The notes beneath the pieces are model-generated. The model did no database searches. It saw only the letters and a list, made by a program, of their open reading frames with translations, and had not been told where the DNA came from. DNA of 64,000 bases from an uncultured Bacilli bacterium (GTDB lineage: Bacteria > Bacillota_I > Bacilli_A > RF39 > UBA660): NCBI GenBank assembly GCA_947624565.1, contig CANQKX010000002.1, positions 2,059-66,058 on the forward strand, written 5' to 3'. The translations under genes and the position numbers were made by a program. Positions within the stretch are counted from its first letter, which is position 1; every line of letters begins with the position of its first letter. Positions 52,846 to 62,918 of this stretch are shown piece after piece.

Positions 52846-53910
52846 ATGAAATCTAGAGTAAAATATTGTGATGCATTAAGAATGTTTGCTATTTTGTGTA
52901 TTGTATTAATACATGTATTTCCGTCATTTAGAGAACAATATTTAAATGTTAATCATAAATACTATTTTATATTAACATTTCTAGATTCTTTAACAAGAAC
53001 AGGAGTACCAATATTTTTTATGATTACAGGTGCTTTTATGTTAAGTAAAAAAAATAAATATTCATATAAAAATTTTTTAAGTAAACGATTATTAAAATTA
53101 TTTATACCATTTTTAATATTATCTTTATTTTATTATTTATATGATTGTTTTATTAATAAAAGTATTAAATTCTCATTAATATTATTTATAAAATTATTTA
53201 CAACAAATGGTATAAGATATCATTTTTGGTTTATGTATGTTATATTACTTATTTATTTGTTTATTCCATATTTGAGAATCTTTGTTCAAAATCTAAAAAG
53301 AGAAAATTTAAAAAATATAATAATATTGATTTTCATATTTGGTAATGTATTAGGAACAATTAATTTATTATGTAGCAAATATGATTTTAGCATATTTTCA
53401 AGTTTTATACTTCCAGATATATTAAGATATTTGAATTATTTATTTTTAGGATATTATCTATATAATTATGAAGTAAAAGTAAATAAAAGAAAAATAATAT
53501 ATGCTTTAGGAATTATATCTATTTGTTTAATGCCATTTGCGGATTCTATATTTATAGATAATGTTAAAAATGATATTATGTTAGAAGCTCAGTCAATGTT
53601 TGCTTTTGCCCCTTCTATTGCTATATTTATTCTTTTTAAATATAATTATTATAAATTAAAAATATCTAATAAAGTCAATAAATTTATATCTGATAGTGTA
53701 CCATTAATATTTTATATTTATATGATTCACATTTTTGTTTTAGAATGCATTGAAAATATAATATTTAAATATTACTACCCAAATAGATTTATTATGGTTA
53801 TTGTTATGATATGCATTATATTTTTATTTACAATTATTATTTCGTACATATTAGCTTATGTATTATATAAATTATTTAATTTTGTTTATAGTAAAGTTAT
53901 CAAAAATTAA
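52846..53910 (+). CDS. acyltransferase family 3 (membrane O-acyltransferase)
   Basis: About 10 TM segments and an AT3 N-terminus (DALRMFAILCIVLIH). Confidence 0.6.
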   Translation: MKSRVKYCDALRMFAILCIVLIHVFPSFREQYLNVNHKYYFILTFLDSLTRTGVPIFFMITGAFMLSKKNKYSYKNFLSKRLLKLFIPFLILSLFYYLYDCFINKSIKFSLILFIKLFTTNGIRYHFWFMYVILLIYLFIPYLRIFVQNLKRENLKNIIILIFIFGNVLGTINLLCSKYDFSIFSSFILPDILRYLNYLFLGYYLYNYEVKVNKRKIIYALGIISICLMPFADSIFIDNVKNDIMLEAQSMFAFAPSIAIFILFKYNYYKLKISNKVNKFISDSVPLIFYIYMIHIFVLECIENIIFKYYYPNRFIMVIVMICIIFLFTIIISYILAYVLYKLFNFVYSKVIKN

Positions 53911-53984
53911 ACTATACTTTTATCAATAAATATTATATAATATTTATTGATATAATAAATGTAGTAACAGAAGAGAGGTATATT

Positions 53985-54722
53985 ATGGATAGAAAAGTAT
54001 CTATAAATGTAAAAAATGTTAGTAAAACTTTTAAGTTATATTATGATAAAGCAAGTACTTTAAAAGAAAAATTATTGTTTTTTAAAAAAGATAATAAACC
54101 AGAGACTTTAGAAGTTTTAAAAAATATAAATATAAAAATATATGATGGAGAAAGTGTTGCTTTAATAGGTACAAATGGTAGTGGGAAAAGTACCTTATTA
54201 AAATTGATGACTAAAATAATATATCCTAATAAGGGTAAAATTGAGATAGATGGCAAATTAACATCATTACTTGAATTAGGCGCAGGGTTTCATATGGATT
54301 TTTCGGGAAGAGAAAATATATATTTTAATGCATCTATATTTGGATTAACTAAAAAACAGATAGATGAAAGATTAGATAAAATTATAGAATTTTCTGAGCT
54401 TGGGGAATTTATTGATAATCCTGTAAGGACATATTCTTCTGGTATGTATATGCGTTTAGCATTTTCTATAGCGATTAATGTAGATGCAGATATATTATTG
54501 ATAGATGAAATTTTATCTGTAGGAGATCAACATTACCAAGATAAGTGTTTTAATAAATTAATGGAATTAAAAGACTCTGGTAAAACAATAGTTATAGTAT
54601 CTCATAGTTTAGATTCAGTAAGAAAATTTTGTGATAGAAGTATTTGGCTTTATAATGGAGAAATTCGTATGGATGGGAATACTAATGATGTATTAGATGA
54701 ATACATCAAAGTTTGTAGGTGA
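53985..54722 (+). CDS. ABC transporter ATP-binding protein, TagH/Wzt-like polysaccharide exporter component
   Basis: Walker A GTNGSGKST, signature SSGMYMRLAF, and Walker B LLIDEIL. Confidence 0.75.
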   Translation: MDRKVSINVKNVSKTFKLYYDKASTLKEKLLFFKKDNKPETLEVLKNINIKIYDGESVALIGTNGSGKSTLLKLMTKIIYPNKGKIEIDGKLTSLLELGAGFHMDFSGRENIYFNASIFGLTKKQIDERLDKIIEFSELGEFIDNPVRTYSSGMYMRLAFSIAINVDADILLIDEILSVGDQHYQDKCFNKLMELKDSGKTIVIVSHSLDSVRKFCDRSIWLYNGEIRMDGNTNDVLDEYIKVCR

Positions 54723-54726
54723 AAAA

Positions 54727-55500
54727 ATGAAAGTATTTAAGGAGTTATATAAATATAGAGAATTATTAAAAAATAATATAAAAAAGGAAATTAGAGGAAA
54801 ATATAAAGGATCATGGTTAGGTGTTGTTTGGACATTTTTAAATCCATTATTAATGCTTTTAGTTTATTCAATTGTATTTCCTTATATATTGAGAGTAAAT
54901 GTAGAACATTATACAATATTTATGATGGTTGCATTAGTACCATGGACATTTTTTACAACAGCAGTACAAACAGGAACAGGAAGTGTAGTAGAAAATGGTG
55001 CAATACTTAAAAAAGTTTATTTTCCACGAGAAATAATACCAATATCAGTTGTTACAAGTGCGCTTATTAACTTTTTAATTACATGTATTATTATGTTTTT
55101 ATTTATATTATTTAGTGGTGTAGGATTTTCAGTTCATTTATTATTATTTCCAGGTTTAGTATTGATTCAATATATTATTACGCTTGCAATTGTATTTGTT
55201 TTATCAGCAATTAATGTGTATATAAGAGATGTTGATCATTTTGTAAGTATTATAATTACACTTGCATTTTATGTAACACCAATTGTATATAAAGCAGATA
55301 TGTTACCTGCCAAATTTAGTTGGGCGTTAAAAGTAAATCCTATGGCTCAGTTAATTGAGGGTTATAGAGCAATTTTATATAGCCATGAGATGCCAGATGT
55401 TAGAATGTTAGGTATTTGGGCAATAATTTCTTTAGTAATTTTAGTAATAGGTTATGTTATATTTAAAAGAAGCGAAAGAAAATTTGTGGAAGAATTATAA
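54727..55500 (+). CDS. ABC-2 type permease, TagG/Wzm-like
   Basis: Six TM segments and an ABC-2 N-terminal motif (LIKKEIRGKYKGSWLGVVW). Confidence 0.7.
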   Translation: MKVFKELYKYRELLKNNIKKEIRGKYKGSWLGVVWTFLNPLLMLLVYSIVFPYILRVNVEHYTIFMMVALVPWTFFTTAVQTGTGSVVENGAILKKVYFPREIIPISVVTSALINFLITCIIMFLFILFSGVGFSVHLLLFPGLVLIQYIITLAIVFVLSAINVYIRDVDHFVSIIITLAFYVTPIVYKADMLPAKFSWALKVNPMAQLIEGYRAILYSHEMPDVRMLGIWAIISLVILVIGYVIFKRSERKFVEEL

Positions 55501-55551
55501 AGTTATTATTTAATAACTTTTTTTAAAATATATAATTGAAAGGGATAAGTT

Positions 55552-56970
55552 ATGATAGATTATAGTTTAACTCCAGGTAGAAAATTAAAAGAAAATGCCA
55601 AACTTATAAATATTGAAAATCCAGTGATATCAATAATTACTCCATTTTATAATGGAGGAGAAACTTTAATGGAAACTGCAAATTGTGTTTTTAGTCAAAC
55701 ATATCCATATTTTGAATGGATTATAGTTGATGATGGATCTACTGATAAAAAATCAATAAAGCAATTAGATAAAGTTAAACAATTAGATAAAAGAGTAAAG
55801 ATATTTCATAAAAATAATGAGGGTCCATCAGTAGCGAGAGATTATGGAATAAGTAAAGCATGTAAGTTTAGTAAATATGTATTCTTTTTAGATTGTGATG
55901 ATATGATTGAAAATAATATGATTGAGTGCTTATATTGGACTTTACAAACACACAGTAATGCAAGTTTTGCTTATACTGCCGCAACTGTTTTTGGAGATTC
56001 GAATCATATATGGGAAAGATATTTAACTACAAAAATTGAAAAAAAGGAAAATGTAATAAATATAAGTAGTATGGTAAATAAATTAGATTTAATAGAAGTA
56101 GGATGTTTTGATATTAAAGAAAAAGGAATGTATGAAGATTGGAATTTATGGCTTAAATTACTTTCTGTAGGAAAGATACCAATAAGAATAAATGCTCCTT
56201 TATTTTGGTATAGATCAAGTAATGCTGGTGAATTTTCAAGAGCCAATATGAATCATGATAAAGCGATGAATGTTATAAATAAGACTGCATCTAATTTAAA
56301 AAATAATGTTCAAGTAATTCAATTTCCTAGATGTAATAAAGATTTAAATTCTTCATTAAATAATGATACTATATTACCTTATTATAAAAGGGGTATAAAG
56401 AAAACAATATTATTTATAATATCATCTATGAGTAATTCAAATGAAGATTTATTTAATATAAATTTAATAAAAGATTTGAATAAAAATAAATATAATATAA
56501 TTGTATTAACTACTACTCCAAAAGATAATGATTTAAGACAAGAATTTTATGAAAATTCAGATGAATGTTATGATATGTCTACATTTTTAGATAGAAAAGA
56601 TTATATAATTTTTACTGATTACATAATTAAATCAAGAAATGTTGATTATATATATATTGGTGATGATTGTTGTGCTAAAGCTATACTTTCGCATTTAGAA
56701 TCTAAAAACATTAATATTTGTATAATAAATAATGATAAAATTAATAATGGAGAAATTATTGAAGATAGTTTAAAGACTTTAAATGTAAAATCAAGTGACA
56801 CATACGAAACATATTTAAATGATTCATATAATCAATTTAAATCATATTGTAAACATTATAATGAAAAGTATAGAGTAAGATTTAAAGATATGTTAAAACA
56901 GGTTATTTATAAAATTAAAAAATTTATAAAGTTAATCTATGAAAAATATATATGTAAAAATAATAATTAG
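55552..56970 (+). CDS. GT2-family glycosyltransferase with an additional C-terminal domain
   Basis: ISIITPFYNGGETL...VDDGSTD...DCDD at the N-terminus, followed by about 250 aa of unassigned C-terminal sequence. Confidence 0.6.
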   Translation: MIDYSLTPGRKLKENAKLINIENPVISIITPFYNGGETLMETANCVFSQTYPYFEWIIVDDGSTDKKSIKQLDKVKQLDKRVKIFHKNNEGPSVARDYGISKACKFSKYVFFLDCDDMIENNMIECLYWTLQTHSNASFAYTAATVFGDSNHIWERYLTTKIEKKENVINISSMVNKLDLIEVGCFDIKEKGMYEDWNLWLKLLSVGKIPIRINAPLFWYRSSNAGEFSRANMNHDKAMNVINKTASNLKNNVQVIQFPRCNKDLNSSLNNDTILPYYKRGIKKTILFIISSMSNSNEDLFNINLIKDLNKNKYNIIVLTTTPKDNDLRQEFYENSDECYDMSTFLDRKDYIIFTDYIIKSRNVDYIYIGDDCCAKAILSHLESKNINICIINNDKINNGEIIEDSLKTLNVKSSDTYETYLNDSYNQFKSYCKHYNEKYRVRFKDMLKQVIYKIKKFIKLIYEKYICKNNN

Positions 56971-57020
56971 ATATTTAAATATCTAATTTTTTAGTTTATA
57001 ATTATATTAGAGGTGATGTT

Positions 57021-58028
57021 ATGAGTATACTTGTTACTGGTGGTGCAGGATATATTGGCTCACATACATGTGTAGAACTTTTAAATAATGGTTATGAACT
57101 AGTAGTTATTGATAATTTTTCAAATAGTAAACCAGAAGCAATAGATTCAATTAAAAAAATAACTGGGAAAGATTTTAAATTTTACAATATTGATTATTTA
57201 GATAAAAATTTATTAGAAAAAGTATTCCAAGAGAATAATATTGATTCGGTAATTAATTTTGCTGGATATAAAGCAGTAGGAGAGTCTGTTGAAAAACCAA
57301 TTGAATATTATATAAATAATGTATCAGGTGCATTAATTTTACTTGATGTAATGAAAAAATATAATGTTAAGAAATTTGTGTTTTCATCATCTGCAACTGT
57401 ATATGGAGATCCAGAAATTATTCCAATAACAGAAGATTGTAAAATAGGAGGTACAACAAATCCATATGGTACTTCCAAATTATTTATAGAGCAAATACTT
57501 CAAGATATATATAAATCTGATAATACATGGGATATTGCAATACTTAGATATTTTAATCCAGTAGGAGCTCATTCTAGTGGACTTATTGGAGAAGATCCTA
57601 AAGGTATACCAAATAATTTGATGCCATATATTGCAAAAGTTGCTAATAAAGAATTAAAAGAATTATCAGTATTTGGTAATGATTATAATACTAAAGATGG
57701 AACAGGTGTGAGAGATTATATACATGTTGTAGATCTTGCCAAAGGTCATTTGTTAGCACTTGATAAATTAAATAAAGAGAAAAAAGGAATATTTATATAT
57801 AATTTAGGAACAGGAATAGGTTATAGTGTACTTGATATGGTTAATACTTATTCAAAAGTTAATAATGTAGATATTCCGTACAAAATTGCCCCAAGAAGAG
57901 CAGGTGATATTGCATCTTGTTATTCTGATCCAAGTAAAGCAAAAAAAGAGTTAGGATTTGAATGTACAAAGACACTTGAAGATATGTGTAAAGATTCATA
58001 TAATTTTATAAAAAATCATGAAAGGTAA
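57021..58028 (+). CDS. galE: UDP-glucose 4-epimerase
   Basis: [13 protein letters not shown] Rossmann motif and YxxxK (YGTSK); 335 aa. Confidence 0.85.
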   Translation: MSILVTGGAGYIGSHTCVELLNNGYELVVIDNFSNSKPEAIDSIKKITGKDFKFYNIDYLDKNLLEKVFQENNIDSVINFAGYKAVGESVEKPIEYYINNVSGALILLDVMKKYNVKKFVFSSSATVYGDPEIIPITEDCKIGGTTNPYGTSKLFIEQILQDIYKSDNTWDIAILRYFNPVGAHSSGLIGEDPKGIPNNLMPYIAKVANKELKELSVFGNDYNTKDGTGVRDYIHVVDLAKGHLLALDKLNKEKKGIFIYNLGTGIGYSVLDMVNTYSKVNNVDIPYKIAPRRAGDIASCYSDPSKAKKELGFECTKTLEDMCKDSYNFIKNHER

Positions 58029-58032
58029 AAAT

Positions 58033-58506
58033 ATGAAAAAAAGAGTATTATTTATATCATCAACAGGTGGACACCTAAAAGAATTATTACAATTAAAGAG
58101 TTTATTTAATAAATATGATTCATATATAATAACTGAAAAAACAAAATCTACGATAAGCATGAAAGATGAATATAAAGATAAAATGGGGTTTCTAATATTT
58201 GGTACAAAAGATTACCCACTTACATATCCTTTTAAATTAATTGCTAATTGTTTTATAAGTTTATATTATTTTATAAAATTTAGACCAAAATATATAGTTA
58301 CAACAGGAACTCATACTGCAGGTCCAATGTGTTGCATAGGAAAAATATTTAGATGTAAAGTTATATATATTGAAACTATGGCAAATTGTAATACAAAAAC
58401 AATAACAGGTAGATTATTATATCATATTGCAGATTTATTTATTGTTCAGTGGCAAAGTATGCTTAAACTTTATCCAAAAGCAGTATATGGTGGATTTATA
58501 TTTTAG
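58033..58506 (+). CDS. Alg14-like (PssD/Cps14F-type) glycosyltransferase membrane-association subunit
   Basis: RVLFISSTGGHLKELLQL N-terminus is typical of Alg14-like proteins. Confidence 0.55.
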   Translation: MKKRVLFISSTGGHLKELLQLKSLFNKYDSYIITEKTKSTISMKDEYKDKMGFLIFGTKDYPLTYPFKLIANCFISLYYFIKFRPKYIVTTGTHTAGPMCCIGKIFRCKVIYIETMANCNTKTITGRLLYHIADLFIVQWQSMLKLYPKAVYGGFIF

Positions 58507-58515
58507 GAGGTTTAT

Positions 58516-58995
58516 ATGATATTTGTAACATTAGGAACACAAGATAAAGGATTTCCTAGATTATTAGAGGCAATTGAAAAACAAATACAAAATGGGAATA
58601 TTAAAGAGAAGGTAATTGTTCAAGCAGGACTAACAGAGTATGAATCAAAAAATATGGAAATTTATAAACTAATGCCAATGCAGCAATTTGATAAATATGT
58701 AAAAGAATGTGATTTACTTATTACTCATGCTGGAGTAGGTTCTATTATGAGTGGGTTAAAAAATAATAAAAAAGTAATCGCAGCAGCCAGATTAAAAGAA
58801 TATGGTGAACATAATAATAATCATCAAGTTCAAATAGCAACTGAATTTTCTAATCTTGGATATATACTATATTTAGAAGATTTTGACAAATTAGGTGAAT
58901 TACTTAAAAAATCTAAAACATTTAAACCTAGAAAATATGAAAATAATAATAAAAATTTTGTAAAAATAATAGAAAATTTTATAGATAACAATTAA
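58516..58995 (+). CDS. Alg13-like (Cps14G/EpsF-type, GT28 C-terminal domain) glycosyltransferase catalytic subunit
   Basis: MIFVTLGTQDKGFPRLL...ITHAGVGSIM. Confidence 0.55.
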   Translation: MIFVTLGTQDKGFPRLLEAIEKQIQNGNIKEKVIVQAGLTEYESKNMEIYKLMPMQQFDKYVKECDLLITHAGVGSIMSGLKNNKKVIAAARLKEYGEHNNNHQVQIATEFSNLGYILYLEDFDKLGELLKKSKTFKPRKYENNNKNFVKIIENFIDNN

Positions 58996-59009
58996 AAGAG
59001 GTGTTTACC

Positions 59010-60203
59010 ATGAAAAAAATAACAATTTTATGTTTACATCTAGGATATGGAGGAATAGAAGTAGCAGTTACTAATTTAGCTAATATGCTTATAGATAAAT
59101 ATGATGTTAATATTGTATCTATTTATAATCTATATGATAAAACAATGTATAAATTAGATGAAAATGTTAATGTTAATTATTTAATAAATAGTGATATAGC
59201 ATTAAGAGTAGATTCTTATAAAAAGAATTTAATCCATTTTCATTTTATAACTTTATTTAAAGAGTTATATAATGATTATTTAAAAAAAGGTAAGATATTT
59301 AAGTTATTTTCAGATACTTTTAATAGTTTAAAAATAATAAAACTAAAGAAAAAATTAATGATAGATTATTTAAAAACATGTGATAGTGATTTAATAATAT
59401 CTACAAGAATTGAAATAACTGAAATATTAAATAAAAATTATAAAGGTAAAGCAAAACTAATATCATGGGAACATTCTCATCATCATAATGATCAAAAATA
59501 TATAAATGGAGTTATTAAATCTTTAGATAATATTGATTATTTTATGCCTGTTTCTAAAAAATTAACTGATTTTTATAAAAATAAAATTAAATCAAATACA
59601 CAAGTTATATATGCACCATTATGTGTTGATTATATACCTGAAAAAGAAGCAAAAAAAACTAAAAAGAATATTGTTGCAATTGGTAGATTATCAAAAGAAA
59701 AAGGATTTTTAGATTTAATAGATGTATTTAATATAATTATAAGTAAAGATAATGAATGTAGACTTCATATTATCGGTGATGGATTTGAGAAAAATAATAT
59801 AGAAAATAAAATAAATGAATTAAATTTAAACAATTATGTAACTTTGTATGGATATAAGGATAAAAGTTTTATAAGAGAAAAATTAAATGATATGAGTTTA
59901 TATTTATTAACATCATATGAAGAATCGTTTGGATTAGTAATATTAGAAGCAAGTTCTTTTGGTATACCAGTAATAGCATTTGATAGCGCAGAAGGTGCAA
60001 CTGAAATAATAAATAATGATATAGATGGTTATTTAATTAGTAACAGAGATAAAAATTTAATGGCAGAAAAAAGTATAGAATTATTAAATAATAAGAAAAA
60101 ACTTGCTAAATTTGGTAATGAAGCAAGATTAAAGGCAATAAAATATTCATATGATTCAGTAAAAGAACAGTGGTTAAAAATAATAGATAATATATTAAAA
60201 TAA
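59010..60203 (+). CDS. GT4-family glycosyltransferase
   Basis: EESFGLVILEASSFGIPVIAFD GT4 motif. Confidence 0.7.
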   Translation: MKKITILCLHLGYGGIEVAVTNLANMLIDKYDVNIVSIYNLYDKTMYKLDENVNVNYLINSDIALRVDSYKKNLIHFHFITLFKELYNDYLKKGKIFKLFSDTFNSLKIIKLKKKLMIDYLKTCDSDLIISTRIEITEILNKNYKGKAKLISWEHSHHHNDQKYINGVIKSLDNIDYFMPVSKKLTDFYKNKIKSNTQVIYAPLCVDYIPEKEAKKTKKNIVAIGRLSKEKGFLDLIDVFNIIISKDNECRLHIIGDGFEKNNIENKINELNLNNYVTLYGYKDKSFIREKLNDMSLYLLTSYEESFGLVILEASSFGIPVIAFDSAEGATEIINNDIDGYLISNRDKNLMAEKSIELLNNKKKLAKFGNEARLKAIKYSYDSVKEQWLKIIDNILK

Positions 60204-60213
60204 GGAGTAAAAT

Positions 60214-60612
60214 ATGAAAAAATTATTTATGCAAATAATAAAATTTGGTTTAGTAGGAGTAATAGCTACAGTTATAGATTATGTATTGTTATATGTGTTA
60301 ACAGAGTTTTTTAACATATATTATTTAATATCATCAATAATATCTTTTTCAGTTTCTGTAATATTTAATTATATTGCAAGTGTAAGATGGGTATTTGATG
60401 TAGATAAAAATAAAAATAGTAAAGTAAAGGAATTAGTTGTATTTATAATACTAAGTGTAATAGGTTTAGGAATAAATCAATTATTCATGTGGTTATTAAG
60501 TGATAAATTAAATATTTATTATATGATTTCAAAATTATTTGCAACTGTAGTTGTGATGTGTTGGAATTTTATTACAAGAAAATTATTTTTAGAAAATAAT
60601 AAAAAAGATTAA
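60214..60612 (+). CDS. GtrA-family membrane protein (polyprenyl-phosphate-sugar flippase-like)
   Basis: 132 aa with four TM segments and a GtrA-like N-terminus (IKFGLVGVIATVIDYVLLYVL). Confidence 0.65.
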   Translation: MKKLFMQIIKFGLVGVIATVIDYVLLYVLTEFFNIYYLISSIISFSVSVIFNYIASVRWVFDVDKNKNSKVKELVVFIILSVIGLGINQLFMWLLSDKLNIYYMISKLFATVVVMCWNFITRKLFLENNKKD

Positions 60613-60628
60613 TCATTAATCTTTTTTT
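60601..60628. terminator. bidirectional terminator between convergent genes
   Basis: aaaa-aagattaat-c-attaatctt-ttttt. Confidence 0.5.
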
Positions 60629-61641
60629 AATATACTAATATAAAATTCTTTCCACATTTTATAAATATTATCTTTACTATAAAAATTAGATATATATTTA
60701 GCAACTTCTATTTGTTCATTATATAGTTTATTATTATTTTTTAATTCCTTTATAATTTTAGCAAACTCATCATTATTACTTCCTTTTAAATACTTTTTAA
60801 ATAATATATCTTCGTATAATTCTAAATCTCTAAGTAATATTGGAGTTTGTGTACTAACTGCTTCAAGTATAGTCATAGGAAATAATTCATTATAAGATGG
60901 AACAAATAATAAATCAGATGCATTAAATAAATCATTCATTTCATCTCTAGGTATAATACCTAAAAATTTAACATTTTTAGGAGGATTTTCCATTAATTTT
61001 TTTAATTCATTATGTCCATCAGTAATTGCACCAAAACTAAATCCACCGGCCCATATGAAGGTTATATCAGGTAATTTTTTTGCAACTTCTGCAAAATCCA
61101 TAACACCCTTTCTATTTTGTACTTGACCTGCGCCAAGTACTACAAAATCATTTTCATTTATATTATACTTTTTTCTTATTTGTTTGATTTCTTTTTTGCT
61201 TTTTTTATAAAATTTTTCTTTTGACACAAAATTAGGTATATAAGTTATTTTATTTTTATCAAGACCAGCTTTAACTAAATCTTTTTTAAATATAGGATTT
61301 ACAACAACAAGATGATCAGCACTTTTATAAAAACTAATAACATATTTTTTAAATATTTTAAATATAGGTTTAGGAAGTTTTATTGATCCATCTAATGTAT
61401 CAGGTAAAAAATGTACATATGCAACTGTAGGATTTTTTGATAATTTTAATTTTAAGTAATTTCTAGGTTCTACAGTATGTGCATGTATAATATCATATTT
61501 AGTACCTTTATTTAAATAAATTTCAAAGTCATCTTTTCCATCTTCTTTTAATAATTTCATAAGTTCAAGATAAGCACTTCCAACACCTTGTCCGTCAACA
61601 GAATCAGCCATTGAAAGCATATTAATTTTAATTTTATTCAT
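60616..61641 (-). CDS. GT4-family glycosyltransferase
   Basis: N-terminal G-rich (SVDGQGVGSAYLEL), C-terminal GT4 core (LFPMTILEA), and an aaggag RBS on the minus strand. Confidence 0.65.
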   Translation of the reverse strand: MNKIKINMLSMADSVDGQGVGSAYLELMKLLKEDGKDDFEIYLNKGTKYDIIHAHTVEPRNYLKLKLSKNPTVAYVHFLPDTLDGSIKLPKPIFKIFKKYVISFYKSADHLVVVNPIFKKDLVKAGLDKNKITYIPNFVSKEKFYKKSKKEIKQIRKKYNINENDFVVLGAGQVQNRKGVMDFAEVAKKLPDITFIWAGGFSFGAITDGHNELKKLMENPPKNVKFLGIIPRDEMNDLFNASDLLFVPSYNELFPMTILEAVSTQTPILLRDLELYEDILFKKYLKGSNNDEFAKIIKELKNNNKLYNEQIEVAKYISNFYSKDNIYKMWKEFYISILKKD

Positions 61642-61740
61642 AAAAAACTCCTTGTTTATAAAATTATATCATATTTATTTATATATATTATATTTTTTTT
61701 ATAAATTGAATATAATATAATTGAATAATTGCCAAAAAAT

Positions 61741-61769
61741 TTGACTAAAATGGTTTTTTTTGATAGAAT
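61741..61769 (+). promoter_or_regulatory. consensus sigma-A promoter (TTGACT-17-TAGAAT)
   Basis: TTGACT, then the 17-nt spacer aaaatggttttttttga, then TAGAAT. The predicted transcription start is at about 61777. Confidence 0.55.
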
Positions 61770-61777
61770 TATTCTCG

Positions 61778-62100
61778 TATGAAGGGTGCAGTATCCTAGT
61801 TGATACATCTATTACGAAGACGAGCCTAAAAATTCGTTAAAGAGCATACCTGTGAAACTTCTTGTGCTTGCTTAAATCGCCCAGATTTGGGTGGGTGCTG
61901 GGAGGTAAGTTATTTGGGAAACTTATAATGGCATATAAGAAGAACCCAAATAGCGTGGAGACTTAATATTGTGCTAAACCCTTGATTTAGTACGAATTAA
62001 GATTAAACCTACTTTGAGGCGAAAGCTTTGGGTAGTGTAGCTTGCCTTGAGTGAATATCTTGGGATTATAGAACTAATGTAGATATTTTTGGCCAAAAAT
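61778..62100 (+). ncRNA. candidate structured non-coding RNA or long structured 5' leader (identity unknown)
   Basis: Sharp local rise in GC (roughly 40% or more, against about 25% background) over about 320 nt with no credible ORF. Multiple local stems (cccag..ctggg; atttggg...cccaaat) and gaggcgaaagc. It lies immediately downstream of a consensus promoter and ends at the palindrome tttttggccaaaaa. Confidence 0.4.
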
Positions 62101-62378
62101 GTTTATATGATATTGCTATATGAAATTGTGTTTGCAAAAAAGACTAGTAATAGATAAAATATCAGGGAGGAAATCTCCTAGGCTGTATGTCAATATAAGA
62201 TTGCAGTGCGTACTAAGTGGCAATCAAGTCATATATTTGGAAACAATATATACATTTATTAAAGGGGAACCGCCTTTTGGTAACGAAAGGTTTAAATGTG
62301 GGAAATCCTACTTGACCTATGACGCAAAGTTTATTATGTTGGTACCAATCATATTTTTTTTATTTTAAGGATGGATTT

Positions 62379-62918
62379 ATGAAAAAGAGTAAAACTAAAA
62401 AAAATGATAGATTAAGATGGTTATTTACTGTATGTATACTATCTTTTATACTTTCAATTATATTCTCATGTGCATCAGAAACTATAATTCCAAATATTAA
62501 TATATTATTTGGGATATTAGTTATAATATTATTTATTTTAATAAGTATAATATTTGATATGATAGGAGTTGCAATAACTGCAGCAGAAGAAACTCCATTT
62601 CATTCTATGGCTTCTAAAAAAGTAAAAGGAAGTAAACATTCAGTAATATTATTAAAAAATTCAGATAAATTAGCATCTATATGTAATGATGTAATTGGTG
62701 ATGTATGTGGTGTAGTTAGTGGTAGTGCAGGGATGCTTGTTGCATCATCAATTTCTACAAAATTTAATTTAAATGCATCACTTGTTGTTCTTTTAGTAAC
62801 AGCAATTATCGCATCACTTACAATAACAGGTAAAGCATTTGGTAAAACAAAAGCAATTAAAAATTCAGAAGCAATTACATTAAAAGTTGGAAAATTTTTA
62901 AATTTTTTTAAAAAATAA
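62379..62918 (+). CDS. small polytopic membrane protein, function unknown
   Basis: Four TM segments. aaggatgg RBS before the ATG at 62379 (the ORF is listed from 62319). Confidence 0.45.
   Translation: MKKSKTKKNDRLRWLFTVCILSFILSIIFSCASETIIPNINILFGILVIILFILISIIFDMIGVAITAAEETPFHSMASKKVKGSKHSVILLKNSDKLASICNDVIGDVCGVVSGSAGMLVASSISTKFNLNASLVVLLVTAIIASLTITGKAFGKTKAIKNSEAITLKVGKFLNFFKK

Noticed and set aside
53920-53950. 30-nt perfect AT-only palindrome (atcaataaatattatataatatttattgat) before the tagH-like gene, considered as a terminator
   Set aside because: It has no GC pairs and no distinct T-run, so it is unlikely to be an intrinsic terminator. It may simply overlap the promoter -10 (TATAAT) of the exporter operon. 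I noted it but did not call it a feature.
61778-62100. Assignment of the GC-rich element to a known RNA (RNase P, tmRNA, SRP RNA, 6S, VR-RNA, T-box, c-di-GMP-I)
   Set aside because: I found no GGAAAGTCCGG-type RNase P core, no tmRNA ends, no SRP domain IV motif, no VirR boxes upstream, and no convincing T-box or GEMM cores. The element is left unassigned, not force-named.
62120-62368. 82-aa + strand ORF between the GC-rich RNA element and the membrane protein gene
   Set aside because: It has no RBS, begins right after the palindrome, overlaps the likely leader of the downstream gene, and its translation looks unlike a real protein. It is more likely non-coding leader sequence.
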